A DNA stretch of 59,194 nt, filler included, from Sphacelaria rigidula (lineage: Eukaryota): NCBI GenBank assembly GCA_964200075.2. It is 10 parts of 10 records of this genome, joined end to end, with 100 filler letters (N's around TTAATTAATTAA, not from the genome) between each part and the next. Parts side by side here need not be neighbours in the genome. Positions count along the whole stretch, not along the records: positions 11,861 to 17,690 come from CAXNAA020024130.1; positions 17,791 to 23,620 come from CAXNAA020024131.1; positions 23,721 to 29,549 come from CAXNAA020024132.1; 7 more parts are not named here. The stretch is one strand, 5' to 3'. The notes beneath the pieces were generated by a model. It saw only the letters and a program-made list of their open reading frames with translations, was not told where the DNA came from and did no database searches. Positions 13,340-26,000 of this stretch are shown one piece after another. Both the position numbers and the translations under genes were made by a program. The stretch's first letter is position 1. Each line of letters opens with the position of its first letter.

Positions 13340-16300
13340 ACTACGCCGCAACGTTTTTTGTTGGCTGGAATATAGTGACGCTGAGACTTGAAAAAACGTC
13401 TACTAAAGCACGTCATGATACTGACATCATCTAGGGAGTTAGAATTAGAGGTGGCGTTACCAAGAAAACCACCGAAAGCGACTTCTGAGGCGTCTCTGTG
13501 TACTACGAACTCCTTGGTGAAATCTGGAAATTATAAAGACTGGTGCAACAGTCAACACTCGTTTGATGAGGTCGAAAGCTGCATGCTGTTGAGGATCCCT
13601 TGCTATCGAGAAAGTATGTTTCTTGTAAAAACCTGTTCGTGTGAGAGCGACGAGGGGACCAGTGACTTCGGCGTAAGCTCTGGTAAAACGCCTGGCGAAA
13701 TTCACCATACCTAGGTCAGACCGAAGGTGTTTGATTGACTTGAGGGGCTCAACGTCGCAGATGACTATGATGGAGTCTTCACCGATTGAGACACTTTCGG
13801 CAGTTATAATGTGGCCTAGATACGTTACTTCCTTGAGACGAAGCTGAATTTTGGACAGTTTGAGGGTCAGGCCTGCTGCTCACAAAGCGGAAACCATTAG
13901 ACGAAGATACTTGAGGTGTTGGTCAAATGTGTTACTGATGCGTAGGATGTCATCTATGTAACACAACATTCCTGAGTCCGGACCCAGATCTCCAGAAACA
14001 ACTGACATCATACGTTGGTACAACCAAGGAGCAGACTTGGCACCGAACGGCATACGTCACAACACATATTTACCAAACGGGGTACTGAAAGCCGTTTTGT
14101 GTACGTCCTCCTCTGCCACCAGAAGTTGCCAAAAGGCCAACATGTCGTCCGCCACGGTGACAAAACGACCATCGCCACGATGTTCAGGCACGTATCCATG
14201 TTGGGCAAGGGCCAAGATATACGGATTAGATTAGTGTGGAGGTTGTTACGGTAACCAGCGAAAAACCGAGGGGAGCCGTCCTTTTTCGCGACAACACATG
14301 ACGGGGAACCCCACGCGTTAGGGCGCTCTTCAATGATTTTCTACTCGATCATATCTTCGACATATTCCTCGATGGCTTCGGCTGTACGGGAGTTTGAACG
14401 GTACGGGGGTTTATCGACAGGGACAGTATTTTCAGGGACAGGAAAAGTAGCTTCCGCTACGGTGCAAGTATCTACCTCTTGCATAGAAAACAAAAACACC
14501 GGCCGAAATTCAGCACATAGGTTACGGACACTGTTCGGGTGTTCCACTGTGAAAGTGGTATCGCGAAAAGTAGAAGACAAGGGTTCCTGGCGATCATCTT
14601 TAGTCTTACTCAACTCGACAGGAGCAGACGGGCTTTTCGCTACTGCATTGACGTGCAGTTGAGCAGGATCGACAACACTGACGGTATACAGGGTACCAAG
14701 AACTAGGCCTACGGGTCATAACACGGCTTCAGCCGATATGTTTGCAACTTGGACTTTACAGAACTATCTGCTGCTGACCAGTTAGACAGAGGCCGTTCGA
14801 CTGTCAACGACTCAAAAGCGACGAGACGGTGTAATGCGTGAGGGGACCGCGTGCTTAGAGGACCGCATCGTAGTCCAGAACACCTCGAGATAGACGCTTT
14901 TCAAAACCAATCGGGTCAGTCCCTGGAGGGACCATGCCCCTGACCTCAACCCCAACACTAGCACTAACCCTAACCTTAACCATAGGGATGTCCAAACTCA
15001 GATGCGGTCCTCTAAGCACGCGGTCCTCTCACGCACGACAACGGTATACTCTTGACATGTCATCTGATGTGACCGATCGAGGTTCATCAACGACGGTTCA
15101 GTCACGGATAGGGCAACAGTCAGCAAACGCTAAAATGTTTGTGGAGCTTCGACATGTACTGCTGCTACTGTAGACTGTGTTCCGCTTGAAGGCAGGGCAT
15201 GCTCTGGACTACGGTGTACCGCGGGAATACATTGATTTCCGGTAGAGAAAGACAGGGTTTCATTCGACCAGTTCAATGTATCGCCGAATTTTGACATGCA
15301 GTTGTTGTCGAGAAGTAATGGATCAGGATCTAACGACGGTGCAACAAGTACTTCGACGCGACGCGTGACATTGCCAAGGGTTATTGGAAACGCCGCAAAC
15401 CCGAGGATATCGATTGGCGAGCCATATGTTGCACGGTGCGAGATGACTGCCGGGGGAACGGGTGACACAGGCAATCTCTGCAACGTGGGATGTGACTTAA
15501 ACCACGCGGCAGAATGAACTGAACAGTCAGTCGCAGTATCTACGGTAATATCATTTAGCCTGTCTACGGTAGTGCGGGCGCGTCTGGAGGAAAGCGCAAG
15601 TGACAAAGGTCCACGCTGTGTGTACGTATCATCGTTACGGACAGGATCAGGCGCAGACGGCGGACGATCTGAGGTATCACGCACAAGCGTGACAGACGCG
15701 GCTACAGTACCAGTTCTGACGTTTCCGAGATGGACTAATCAGAACAGTCCCATGTGGCGGAACGGCTGGTGAAACAGTAGCAATAGATGATACATGAGAC
15801 GAGCCTGGTGTGACTGAGTGACGTGGCGTTTCGGTAATATCAATTGAAGCTCTGGAGCCAACTGTCGGTACACCTATACCATGGCACGTATCAGACAAAG
15901 TGCACACATTGACGTGATACGGAGGAAGTACGTGATTTACGTCGTCTGGCGTTCCGTCTGGCTATGAACTTTGCAACCAGGGAAGTACAATCGTCAACAA
16001 ATGACAACCTTTGCCAACTCCGAGGCTGATGGGATGTACCTGACGTGACCGTCAGACGATGGTACACACCAACACGGAAGCATGGGGTCAACTGGTCGAA
16101 AACGGTAGCCTTGAAGCTGACGCGAACAAAGTGTTAAACTGCAACTCGAATCACACTCGAGTGAAATTGACTCTACTCAACTCAACAATACGGGCATGGA
16201 TGGCGGAAAGTAGCAAGGATAAGAATCCGGAACATTCTGACCTGTCAGTCGGGCACCACAACGGTACACACAAGACAGGTAGCGGGGCCCTCTATAGGAG

Positions 16301-16665
16301 CAAGCCAGCTACAGATGGTGCACTCTTCGTTGTTCCACTGTACTGGCCCGTGTACTTGTATCGTTGCCCCAGTATGGCGGAGCAGTCGTAGCTAGGATGT
16401 CGGCAAGGGTGACTTCCTTACCTTGATCCGTGCTATCAGCGATGAGGGTTCCGTTGTAGATCCCCATGGCTAGCCGATGAGGTAGCCCACGGATGAGCAG
16501 GTTGACATGACAGCTGGAGTAATGGTGTATCCAGCGGCCGTGCAGTAGATGGAGCGCATCAATCAGGCCAGCTGACACCGACGCCGGCATTCATGAGCAG
16601 TTACAATGAAAAACAGACGAGGAGAAGCCGGATGTTTGGCTAACTACCGTCAAGACGCCAATATA
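13340..16665 (-). mobile_element. Decayed Ty3/Gypsy LTR retrotransposon internal region (protease-RT-start of RNase H)
   Basis: Minus strand, in Gypsy order: ITVDTATDCSV (aspartic protease, ~15545); WGSPSCVVAKKDGSPRF..YRN..WPLPNMDTCL; LCYIDDIL (~13960); GLTLKLSK..EVTYLGHII; LGMVNFARRF; AFDLIKRVL..APV; FPDFTKEFVVHRDASE (RNase H start, ~13500). It has stops, frameshifts and a MITE insertion. Confidence 0.93.
14827..15043. mobile_element. MITE with ~40-bp TIRs and internal telomere-like (CCCTAA) repeats, copy 1
   Basis: Left end TGCGTGAGGGGACCGCGTGCTTAGAGGACCGCATC is the inverted complement of right end GATGCGGTCCTCTAAGCACGCGGTCCTCTCACGCA. Internal CTAACCCTAACCTTAACC. It interrupts the Gypsy pol. 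Confidence 0.85.
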
Positions 16666-16667
16666 TG
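16643..16667 (-). promoter_or_regulatory. Putative LTR 3' end (..TGTCA) and primer-binding site (TGGCGTC..) of the Gypsy element
   Basis: The minus strand reads CCTGTCA-TATAT-TGGCGTCTTGACGG upstream of the internal region. The 5-nt spacer is longer than usual and the tRNA match was not verified. Confidence 0.4.
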
Positions 16668-16747
16668 ACAGGCCTGTGGACAGCGGGCGTGACTTATCTA
16701 ACTCGGATTGTGGGTATGTCTAAGTCGTAGCTCCTCACTCGGTGAAC

Positions 16748-16964
16748 GGGTGTGATGCACATGAGAGGACAGCGTGCTTAGGGGACCGCATCGTAGTTCA
16801 AAACACCCCAGGGTGGACGTCTTTTAACACCATTTGGGCCAATCCCTGCAGGGACCACGCCCCTGATCCAACACTAACCCTAACCCTAACCGTAACGCGA
16901 ATAATAGGGATGTCAAAATTCTTATGCGATCCTCTAAGCACGGGTCCTCCCACGCATTACAGAG
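16748..16964. mobile_element. Same MITE family, copy 2
   Basis: Colinear with 14827-15043 (GCGTGCTTAGGGGACCGCATCGTAGT...CTAACCCTAACCCTAACC...CCTCTAAGCACGGGTCCTCCCACGCATTAC). Confidence 0.85.
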
Positions 16965-17269
16965 TAGCTATACGTAAGCGGGTCGGATCATATAGAGGTC
17001 ACAATCACACTTCGGCACGGCCTGGGGCAAAATATTTTCGATCTAAAAGAAAGTGCGGTGAAATTGATTCAAGTGAAATCGCTCGTTGCGCCAGTTGGAT
17101 CCAAGCGAATCTTCAAGCTTTCGATTATAAATGACAGCAGGTTTCATGAAACGGTATTTATCACCTATATAGTGAGTAGAGGTAGTACAGTACAGTCTGT
17201 GTGTTTTGTACAATAAGGTGTGAAAAAGAAGTGTGTAACATGGAGTGTTGACAGCACCGGACTTTCAGT

Positions 17270-17430
17270 ATTCTCTGCGTCCAGGGCGATGTGAAAATGG
17301 CTGGGAAAACGTGCAGCTTTGTACTACGTGCACAGTCCATGAGCGTGTCGGCACGTAGCCCCCTCTACCGCGCCATTTCGTCGCCGACCACTACTATGAA
17401 GGAAAATGAAATGCTCAAGTTTTCACCAAC
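17270..17430. repeat. Interspersed repeat shared with 26300-26445
   Basis: GTGAAAA..CGTGCAGCTTTGTACT..GTCCA(T/C)GAGCGTGT..ATGAAGGAA..ATGCTCAAGTTTT is present in both places. Confidence 0.7.
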
Positions 17431-19879
17431 AACAGCAAAACACATCATGTCGAGAGAGTGATAGAGCTGTGTGGGAATTACCAAAGGATATGTATCCCCG
17501 TGTCAACTCGTACTCTACAGTATGCTGGAGGATTCCAGTGATAGCTGAAAGTCACTCTCATGGCGCTCAAATGCGTTTGTGAATGAGTGGTATCTGGCAT
17601 ATTGATCTGCAAAAAGTGATCAAAACACCAGTTAACAGCAAATTGTGCGAATTGAGGTTTAATTTCTGAATTGAGGCTCAAGTGGGCAACNNNNNNNNNN
17701 NNNNNNNNNNNNNNNNNNNNNNNNNNNNNNNNNNTTAATTAATTAANNNNNNNNNNNNNNNNNNNNNNNNNNNNNNNNNNNNNNNNNNNNGTCACGCTTG
17801 TGTTGCTGTGTGTGCGTCGGGGGTTGGGGTGTGGGGGGGGGGGTGGGGGGGGGGGGAGGATACTCATCTGTCCCTTGCGTTAGGCATTCGACAACTGACC
17901 GCGCACCCTTTCGACTCGGAGCACCATGATAGTGTTTGGGGAGTATACACATGGTCCTCGGCCATAGACAGTTGGGAGAATGTTTTGCCCTTTTTAAATA
18001 CTGCTCGTTATAGACCAAAATACAAAGAACGCTATATAAGCTGGGTTTTCCTTCCCCCAACCATAGTGAAAGGAAAAGTAAGTCACACCAACTACAGCAT
18101 TCAACACGAAAAAAAATTAAAGCAATCAATACTTCAATCTGGCATAAAACAACCGCCTCCAACCCCCCCGCCCCCTTATTACTCCTCAATCGCAGAAAAA
18201 ACGTGATATTTGACCATCTTCCCCCCCCCTCCCATATAGAAATATGTCTGTTAGGAGCTCTGGCGCTGAAATAGCAGCCAGCTGACTCGAACTTGGTGGG
18301 GCTCTACCATTGATTTAGATACTATTATACCTACGTATACATGCATACGCATGAGACGTGCTTGCTCGAGGAACTAGTGAGCGTTGAAAAATCACCCAAT
18401 ACGAAGCTCTAAATTGCGCACAACAACAAGAAGGACAAGACAAGATAAAACTGACAAATAAACGGCCAAGACGAACGCAACAGGACAAAACGAGAAACAC
18501 GTGCAGTATAACAAGTAGTACATCCACAAAATCAGAGTCCGAGCATATATGCTACGGGAAACGCTGCCGGAGAAAAACAAGACGGAACAAATGTTTGGAA
18601 CACCAAAAAACGCCACACACATAGATACACGCCTAAACCGCCCCCCTCCCCACTACAGCAGACCTGGAAAACACATTGCTGATCCACGCTGCTGGTTACT
18701 TTTGGGTTGGGGTGAGCTGTGTGCATCATTTATCCAGAGGACCATCTCTGAGACAACACGCGCGAGGACAGACTCCCGGGAGCCAGTTCCGGGCTGCGAG
18801 CACATAGCCAAATCAAAGGCCTACCTGGAGATCCTGGCCACCGTGGGCTACAACTCAATATCGACTCTGATATCTCGAATACCACCGGTACTTTGCGTAA
18901 CACCCCCCCCGCCCCCCGCCCCCTGACCCCGGTGATGCATTTTCGGGTCTCCAGCTATATCGGGGTGAGCTGTACATTGCTCACCCCAACAACACCCTCA
19001 GGTGCCAATTTCACGGGGTTCCAACAACTTCTCGCATCGCCCCGGGGGAGGTGTGAACATCGCATAGTCCACTATATGTATGACCTTCTCCCGCGGTTTC
19101 GGTTTCACATTTTTTCCATTCGGGTTGGGCGACTTAGAACTAACTCAAAAATATATCTATTTCCAAGCATCTCCCTCGGGATTTCTTTTGTTGGGGAGTG
19201 AAAAATCTTCGTGCATGGATATATGCAGTCATTCATACCGAAAAAAAATCCTCCCCCGCTAAAAAAAAAACATCCATGACATCGTCCGGTTACCTACACA
19301 CCCACAAACTTAAGTTTTCTCTCTCATTCTCTCTCTTTTCTCCTCTCCCGATCAATCACCAAGGTGCTGATGACTTCTCTCCAGCCTCATCGAACACTGC
19401 AACAAGTGACTTCGTGGACCATGTTTCTCCTTCCTGCCTACTAGAGGCCGATACTTGTAGTACACGCACAACGCACTTCGCAACACGCTATCTCTATCGG
19501 CATGCGCTGTTTATTCAGCCAGCAACTACTTCCTTGAAAATGGGTCAAGGTGAATGGGGGGGGGGGGGGGGGGGGCATCGACCAATCAAAAATAAGCAGG
19601 ACGAAATAACAACACACATATATATTATATCAAGCGTAGTCAATGATACGGCACTGTTTGGACCTGAGCACAAACACACTGTCACCCTCGGCCGTTACGC
19701 CCCTTCCCCTTTTGCTACCCATGCCCCATGCTCTCCCGTGCTCCTTGGGCCAAGCCTGCAAAGGCTCATCGGGGGAAGGATTGACGTGCGTGTACGGTAG
19801 CGTGCTGCCCTTCGTCCCTGCTGGGCGGTAGAGGCCAATCGGCATGGCACCTGCTCGGATTGGATAACACGGCAAGTCG

Positions 19880-20380
19880 AGGGGAGGGGGCGGACGCATG
19901 ATCTTGTTTGCCGTAGTCCCAAGACCAATGACCTCGCATCCTTACAAGGTCGGGGTGGAGCACGCCCGATTTTCGCCGGACCAGGCTCGTTATGAATCAC
20001 CGAGCGCGAAGCGCCGTGATAAGTTCGGCGACTCGCATGAAGGGTGACCTGTATCCTTCGGAGATTTTTCCGCCCGAAGCGTACTGATTTTTTATCTTGC
20101 ATATGGATGACAGCCTACAGTCAGTTGCCTCGGTTTCTCGTATCACCACTTCCAGAAATAGCCACGGCTTATGCACTGCCTCATGGGTGCCTCATAATTT
20201 CGGCACTACACAGGATCCCCTTTTGCGCGGAGTTCGGGCCCTCCGCCCCGGACATAATGATCAAGCTCGACCACCATCATGGATGCCGCAGAACAAAACA
20301 AAAACACAGAGGCAACAAAAAAACGGCAACACGGTTGCCTAGCTTACGCAGTGAATGGCGGGTTTTCTCTAGGGAGTGAA
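19880..20380 (+). repeat. Family A interspersed repeat copy
   Basis: GGGGAGGGGGCGGACGCATGATCTTG...GACCTCGCATCCTTACAAG...GCGAAGCGCCGTGAT...CCCGAAGCGTACTGAT...CTACGCAGTGA-like end, colinear with 21600-22100. Confidence 0.85.
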
Positions 20381-20719
20381 AAAGGGTGGGTATGAAGGGG
20401 AGGAAAAGGTGATACAATGCCGTTCACAAAACAAAGAAGGGCGAGCAAATCGAAGGACGTTTGATGGACCGAACGGCTGATAGATCGATCGATTGATCAT
20501 CTTCCGTGAATCAACAATCTTCCAAGAATCAACTGCGTTTCATGAACCAACAGCTTGGTTTCGAATTATGTCGAAGTTGCGAGGTAGACGCAACGCGATT
20601 GTCGTACCAGAAGGAACGTTCACGGAAACACTCGCGAGAGGAACCTCGACAGGAAATAACAAGAGCGAATGGGAAAAAAACAGGGAGCACCAAAAAAGAG
20701 GAGAATGAAAATGGGATAA

Positions 20720-20990
20720 AGTGACGGGGAAGCCAGAGACTAGGGACAACGAAACGTTCCGAGGAACCCATACTGGTCCCTCACCAACAGGGCATTTGGA
20801 TGAAAACGAGGCAGAATTGGTCCCGAGACTTGTGACGGGAAGGGACGAAAAACTCCCGCCGTCAAAAAGGCTACGAGATGGGACGGGACCGATTTCCCGT
20901 GGCAAAAAACGACGGGATGGGACGGAACGGGACAGGACGAGAATTTCCGCCCCGTCCCGCATGATTTGTCGTTGCATTTTTTACCCGTGA
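20720..20990. repeat. GGGAC-rich short repeat/MITE-like element
   Basis: Multiple GACGG/GGGAC motifs with inverted CCCGTC copies; ends GTGACGGG and CCCGTGAC. Confidence 0.5.
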
Positions 20991-21158
20991 CTGACAAGCC
21001 CTCAAAAAAAAAAAGTGTAGCCAGTACATGCAATTGCGTAATACCCAGTCCAAACTCCAGCCCAAACGGAAACAATCAGCTATATCGGCGATAGAGCGTG
21101 TTGTTCTAGACCCTGTTACATCGACAACGAAGTTTGACTGCTGTCTGTCGTGGGGTAT

Positions 21159-21284
21159 CGCACTATGGTAAAACCCGTACTGCACCGCACGATGGTGGGA
21201 CCCCGACTGGAACGCACTATGATGGGACTTTCATTGCACCGCACAATGGTGGGACTCGCACAAAACCGCCCTATGGTGGACCCT
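21159..21284. repeat. 27-bp minisatellite, ~4.7 units
   Basis: CGCAC(T/G/A)ATG(G/A)TGGGAC... repeated at 27-bp spacing. Confidence 0.85.
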
Positions 21285-21599
21285 CACTTTATATATTCGT
21301 ACGAAATACCACCCACCTACGGCGACGAGACTCCGCACTAGATGACCGTACGTTCTTCCATGGAAGCGGTGCGATATCTTGAGTTGGTCAAACTGTCCGC
21401 GTTGCGCGGGGTTCGCTTCATCGTCTTCCGAGCTTCCGTTCGAAGCTGAACCACCATGCATCTGCTTGTACATTTTGGAGGTGTAGATGAGAAAGACAGG
21501 GGCGAAAAAAAACGAAAAAAACAAAAGATCCGGATTTGCAACATGAGATTCCGTTGGATGAACAGCCAGAGGACTCAACATTCGAACAGCATGATGAAG

Positions 21600-22200
21600 G
21601 AGGGGGTGAACTCATGATCATGCATGCCTTAGTCGTAAGACCTTTGACCTCGCATCCCTACAAAGCCGGGACAGGCTACGCCGGGTTTCCGCCCGACCAG
21701 GCACGCACTCAATCACCAAGCGCGAAGCGCCGTGATATGTTCGGCGAGTCGCATGAAGCGTGAGCTGCATCCTGCGAAGATTGTTCGGTCCGATGCGTAC
21801 TGATTACATGGATGACAGCCTGCAAATATTTGCTTCATTTTCCCGTATCGCCATTTCCAGAGACAGCCGCGGCTTACACAGTGCCTCTTGGGTGTCTCAC
21901 CAGTTCAACACTGCCCTAGTAAGGTCATCCCGTTTGCCCGGAGTTCAGGTTCTCCCACCCCAAACAAAATGATCTTGCTCGACCACCATCATGGTTACCG
22001 CAAAAAAAACGAAAGCGAACTAAAAAAAATAAAAAACGGTAACCTGATTGCCTACCCTACGCAGTGAGTGGTGCGTTTTACAGCGTCGTTGCCAACCAAC
22101 GCCAACCTTTCAAAGTGGGGAAGGAAGGTTGTATTCATTCGTTGCTTGCCTCAGTCATTTGGCCATTGACCACCCATCCCATTCAAGACGGGGTATCGTT
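21600..22200 (+). repeat. Family A repeat copy bounded by two related G-rich/TCAT modules
   Basis: Starts GGGGGTGAACTCATGATCATGCATGCCTTAGTC..GACCTCGCATCCC and ends GTATTCATTCGTTGCTTGCCTCAGTC..GACCACCCATCCC. Confidence 0.85.
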
Positions 22201-22204
22201 CCTA

Positions 22205-23395
22205 TGAGCTGGGCCAGCCTAAAAACGGATTCAAGCTCTCAAAGCAATATCTCATCGACATAGACGAGTTGGCCCATGACCCGCATATCGTATTAATCGT
22301 CTAATCAAGGGGAAGGTGCCCATCTGCTCGAAAATCTGGGCCAACTTTTTCTCGTTGATTAAACCCCATGTCTAGGAATTCTTATACCGTACGAAGACAG
22401 CGTCTAGACTAAAATCTATATGAAACACCGAACGATGCACTCAGCGGATGATGACGGCTTTTGGTGTGGACCTTCCCTGGAGCACGGGAAGACGATAGAT
22501 ACCCTCACCTTTACCCAATTCATAATCTATCTCGAGATATGGCGCACATAAGTTTCCATACTAACATCAAAATATTACGAGCAGAGGCACTAGATGCCCT
22601 AAATCTGGATATCGCGTCTCAGTCTTAGAGAGTTGTGCTATGAAAATTTGGTATGAAGAACCGCTAGTGCATTATGAAATATAAATAAAACAGCTTCTTC
22701 ATTTTATTTTATTTTTCGTGTTTTTAGGGCCGTTTTGAGGAGAAATGAACATTACTCTTGAGCCTTACATCGATTTTGAAGCTCATTTCTTTAACTTTTT
22801 ATTTGAAACTTAGCACGGGGAACGACAGAGGTATGTTGATTAAAAAAAATTGAGACTTCACTTCGTTTTTTTTCGGGAGAGATCTGGGCGTTATCGTAAA
22901 AAAATAGTCGTTACTACACTAAAACGTCCCAAACCAGAGAAAAAAATAAATCAAAACCAACCTGATCCATTTTTCTTGGTTCATCATGACCTAGCGAGGT
23001 CCCGCACAAAGTTTCAATAATAAACACCAAACGTGGACCGATAAACGGCCTGCAAAATATTGTTCCGAATTTTCGCCGGCCTGGTTTTCAAAAGGTGAAT
23101 TCGCAATCTTTTACTCAGAGTTGAACAGTAAAATGTGGTATCAACACAGGGCATGAGGGAAAGCTGTCTGTGGGGTCCTAATTTTTTTTTTTTTCACAAG
23201 TTCAGGGCAACTATCAGTTTTGAGGTTGTAGTAAAATGCCCTTAACTCATGAAAAAAAACAAAAAAGTTCGGGGTCCCACAGACAGCTTTTCTGCATGCC
23301 CCGTTGATTGTCCATACCAAATTCCACTGTCCAACTCTGAAAAAATGCGAATTCGCCTGCAAACTACAACTCCGCTTCTAGGCTGGCTCAGCCTG
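22205..23395. mobile_element. Non-autonomous DNA transposon with TIRs and TA flanks (Tc1/mariner-pogo type)
   Basis: Left TA|TGAGCTGGGCCAGCCTAAAAACGGA and right TCCGCTTCTAGGCTGGCTCAGCCTG|TA; AT-rich interior. A second left end lies at 29469-29549. Confidence 0.7.
23097..23354. repeat. Foldback/MITE with ~90-100-bp inverted arms nested in the element above
   Basis: GAATTCGCA..CAGAGTTGAACAGT..GGTAT..GGGCATG..AAAGCTGTCTGTGGG is inverted relative to CCCACAGACAGCTTT..CATGCCC..ATACCA..ACTGTCCAACTCTG..TGCGAATTC. Confidence 0.8.
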
Positions 23396-23441
23396 TACTT
23401 CTAACATACAGTGTATAGATATACTGACTCTGCATGCGCAC

Positions 23442-23609
23442 CTAAGACCCACTTTTATGGCAAGCACGAATCTTGATTTTTTTCAAAATCGGGGGGACAA
23501 AAAATCGGGGAAGGCATTTTATGGACACGGATTTGGACCAAATTGGGGAAAAAACGTTCCGAGATCGTCACTCCCCCGATTATTTTGAGGTGACGTACGT
23601 GCATTGACG
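23442..23609. repeat. Interspersed repeat; inverted copy at ~58480-58656
   Basis: TAAGACCCAC.TTTATGGCAAGCACGAATCTTGATTTTTT...GAGGTGACGTACGTGCATTGAC matches the reverse complement in the last contig. Confidence 0.85.
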
Positions 23610-25163
23610 TACACTCCCAGNNNNNNNNNNNNNNNNNNNNNNNNNNNNNNNNNNNNNNNNNNNNTTAATTAATTAANNNNNNNNNNNNNNNNNNNNNNNN
23701 NNNNNNNNNNNNNNNNNNNNCTTCGTCATGGAGTAATCGAGCTTTGAAATTCGGTCCAAGGGGTGTGCGATGACTCGCACAATTACGGCATTCGCCCTAT
23801 TGACTTTTTCACGACAAGCAATGACTCGAGTACTCGTCCTATTGATTTTTCCGCAACGATCGATGACTCGAATGTTCGCCCTATTAATCAGTGTTATTCC
23901 TTTTTTGTAATATGGAGGCAGTGTTTTTGGAGATTAGGCGCCCCAACACAGTACACCAGGCATCTGATTATGCTGAAAGTTGATGTATGTGTCGACTGAA
24001 GCCGCAGGTAGGTGTTGACGCCGCAATTTCGGCGACCCAAGGCGTTCTGTGCGCTGCGTGGCTTGAAAGGATAGTTATTATGACTGTGCACGATGCTGCA
24101 GTGATCCCGAAAACAAGAATACTTTTCTGATGACAATTCTGGAGGGCAATGATATGAAATACGCGCGGAGGCAAGAGTAGATCTTGCCACCCTTGTTGTT
24201 TACATCGGCTCCCTGTCGGTCGAGGCTGGCACCAAGGCGGGAAATAACCACCAGTTAAGGTTTTTCATACGTCAGAGACAGATGCCTTTGAGTTCTATAC
24301 GCCCTGCCGAGCAAGACGCGGTCGCACAACGCAGCCAAGGAGAACAGTGTCTTCTGTCAAGGACCACAGCGGACCTGTTCGGCAGGGGGCAACGTCACCT
24401 CCCTCACAGTGCCAGACTTAGTGTGGCCGTCACCACGACGGTCTGAAAATGACAGAGGCAGTTGCTGTAGTCGTCGGTGGTGTTCTCCCACGTGAAGATA
24501 TTTACCTTTCTCTGGCAGGCGCGTAATTGCCCTTGTGCAGAGGTTTCACTTGTTTCCAAAATAGGACAGAGAGCGAGATGCAAATTGTTTTTTTTCACGC
24601 ATGGATCGCGGGTATTGTAGCCCTGTCGAGGCGTGGCTCGTATCGTACAATCTACATTACTCTTTATACTGGCACTAGGAACACACACTGTCAAGTTCGT
24701 CGGGTATTACCGTGCGCGGATACATATCGTGCAATAAGCACTTCCCCCCTTCGTAGTGATATGCATCCTTTCCCATCCAGCTACCGGACGCGCGAGTGCT
24801 GGTGTTTGGCGCCACGTATCCGTGCTGATGTAGAGACCTCTCTTCCAAGGACGTCTGCTCCTCTAGCCTCGCCATATTTTAGGCCTTAGAGCATGACCGT
24901 CTCCAACTGACGCCGCGGATGATGAATTATAATTTCAGTACAGTGACTCCATGATATTTGAAAAGGAGCAACTCTATTTTCCACAACGAGCAATGACTCG
25001 AGTGCTCGAGGACCTCAAAAAACGACCAACGAGCAGCCCAACGAGTGTGAGTGCCACGAGTCATATTGGTGGTCGTCCAACGTGTGAAGAAGTCATCAGC
25101 AATACCCCGCTCATGCGGCACAGCCAAGTACCAGACTCTTGATGGTGCGTTTCTCACGACACG

Positions 25164-25329
25164 GGCGGAGCCGCACTAGCGAATGCGGGAAGCCTGCGGT
25201 GGTGCGGAGTTCTGTACAAGCAGAAAAGCCGTCGCCTTCTTGCTTGTACTGTCGGCGGCTGCGGCTTTTCTGCTTGTACAGTACTCCGCACCACCGCAAG
25301 CTCCCTGCATTCGCTAGTGTGGCTCCGCC
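25164..25329. repeat. Near-perfect ~166-nt hairpin (arms ~70 bp)
   Basis: GGCGGAGCCGCACTAGCGAATGCGGGAAGCCTGCGGTGGTGCGGAGTTCTGTACAAGCAGAAAAGCCG pairs with CGGCTTTTCTGCTTGTACAGTACTCCGCACCACCGCAAGCTCCCTGCATTCGCTAGTGTGGCTCCGCC. Confidence 0.9.
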
Positions 25330-25767
25330 TACTCTTGGCATTGCTGATGACTTCTGACAGATATATTCGCAGTTCACAACGGGTGCGCATTCACCGACTA
25401 GCAACCACTCGCACCTACTGCCTGCACGGTTCAGCTTATTTGCTCGAAACGATGCATGCCCCAGCATGTCGGATGTTTTCGAAACGATTTGGGGGCATTT
25501 GCTATGTCGATTATGTTCTCCTTGGTAAGCCTCATACACGCGTAAGATGTCTTGCACATGCGCCAGGTTTTCTGGCTCGACCGTGAAGGCGTCACAGTCT
25601 GAAAACACCATTCAAACTGTACATGATTTGCGACGTGAGATACCACCCTGGTCCGCTTTGAAGCTTGACGGTTGTACATGTACAGATGATAGGTTTAAGA
25701 TCGTTGAGGAGCTCATGATCATTATTTTCTCGTCGGATTGCTGACTCCTCGACTGGAGTCGTTCACC

Positions 25768-26000
25768 ACGAGCAATGGGTCGAGTGCTCGCCCTATTGAT
25801 TTTTCCACAATGAGCAATGACTCTAGTACTCGCCCTATTGATTTTTCCACAACGAGCAATGACTCTAGTATTCGCCCTATTGATTTTTCCACAACGAGCA
25901 ATGACTCGAGTATTCGCCCCATTGATTTTTCCACAACGAGCAATGACTCGAGTATTCGCCCTATTGATTTTTCCACAACGAGCAATGACTCGAGTGCTCG
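25768..26000. repeat. 42-bp minisatellite, ~5.5 units; related units at 23770-23887 and 24972-25010
   Basis: ACGAGCAATGACTCGAGTATTCGCCCTATTGATTTTTCCACA at 25768, 25810, 25852, 25894, 25936 and 25978. Confidence 0.95.

Noticed and set aside
25768..26000. CRISPR array
   Set aside because: Contiguous 42-bp units with no unique spacers and no cas genes; a minisatellite. The same applies to 21159-21284 and 46101-46263.
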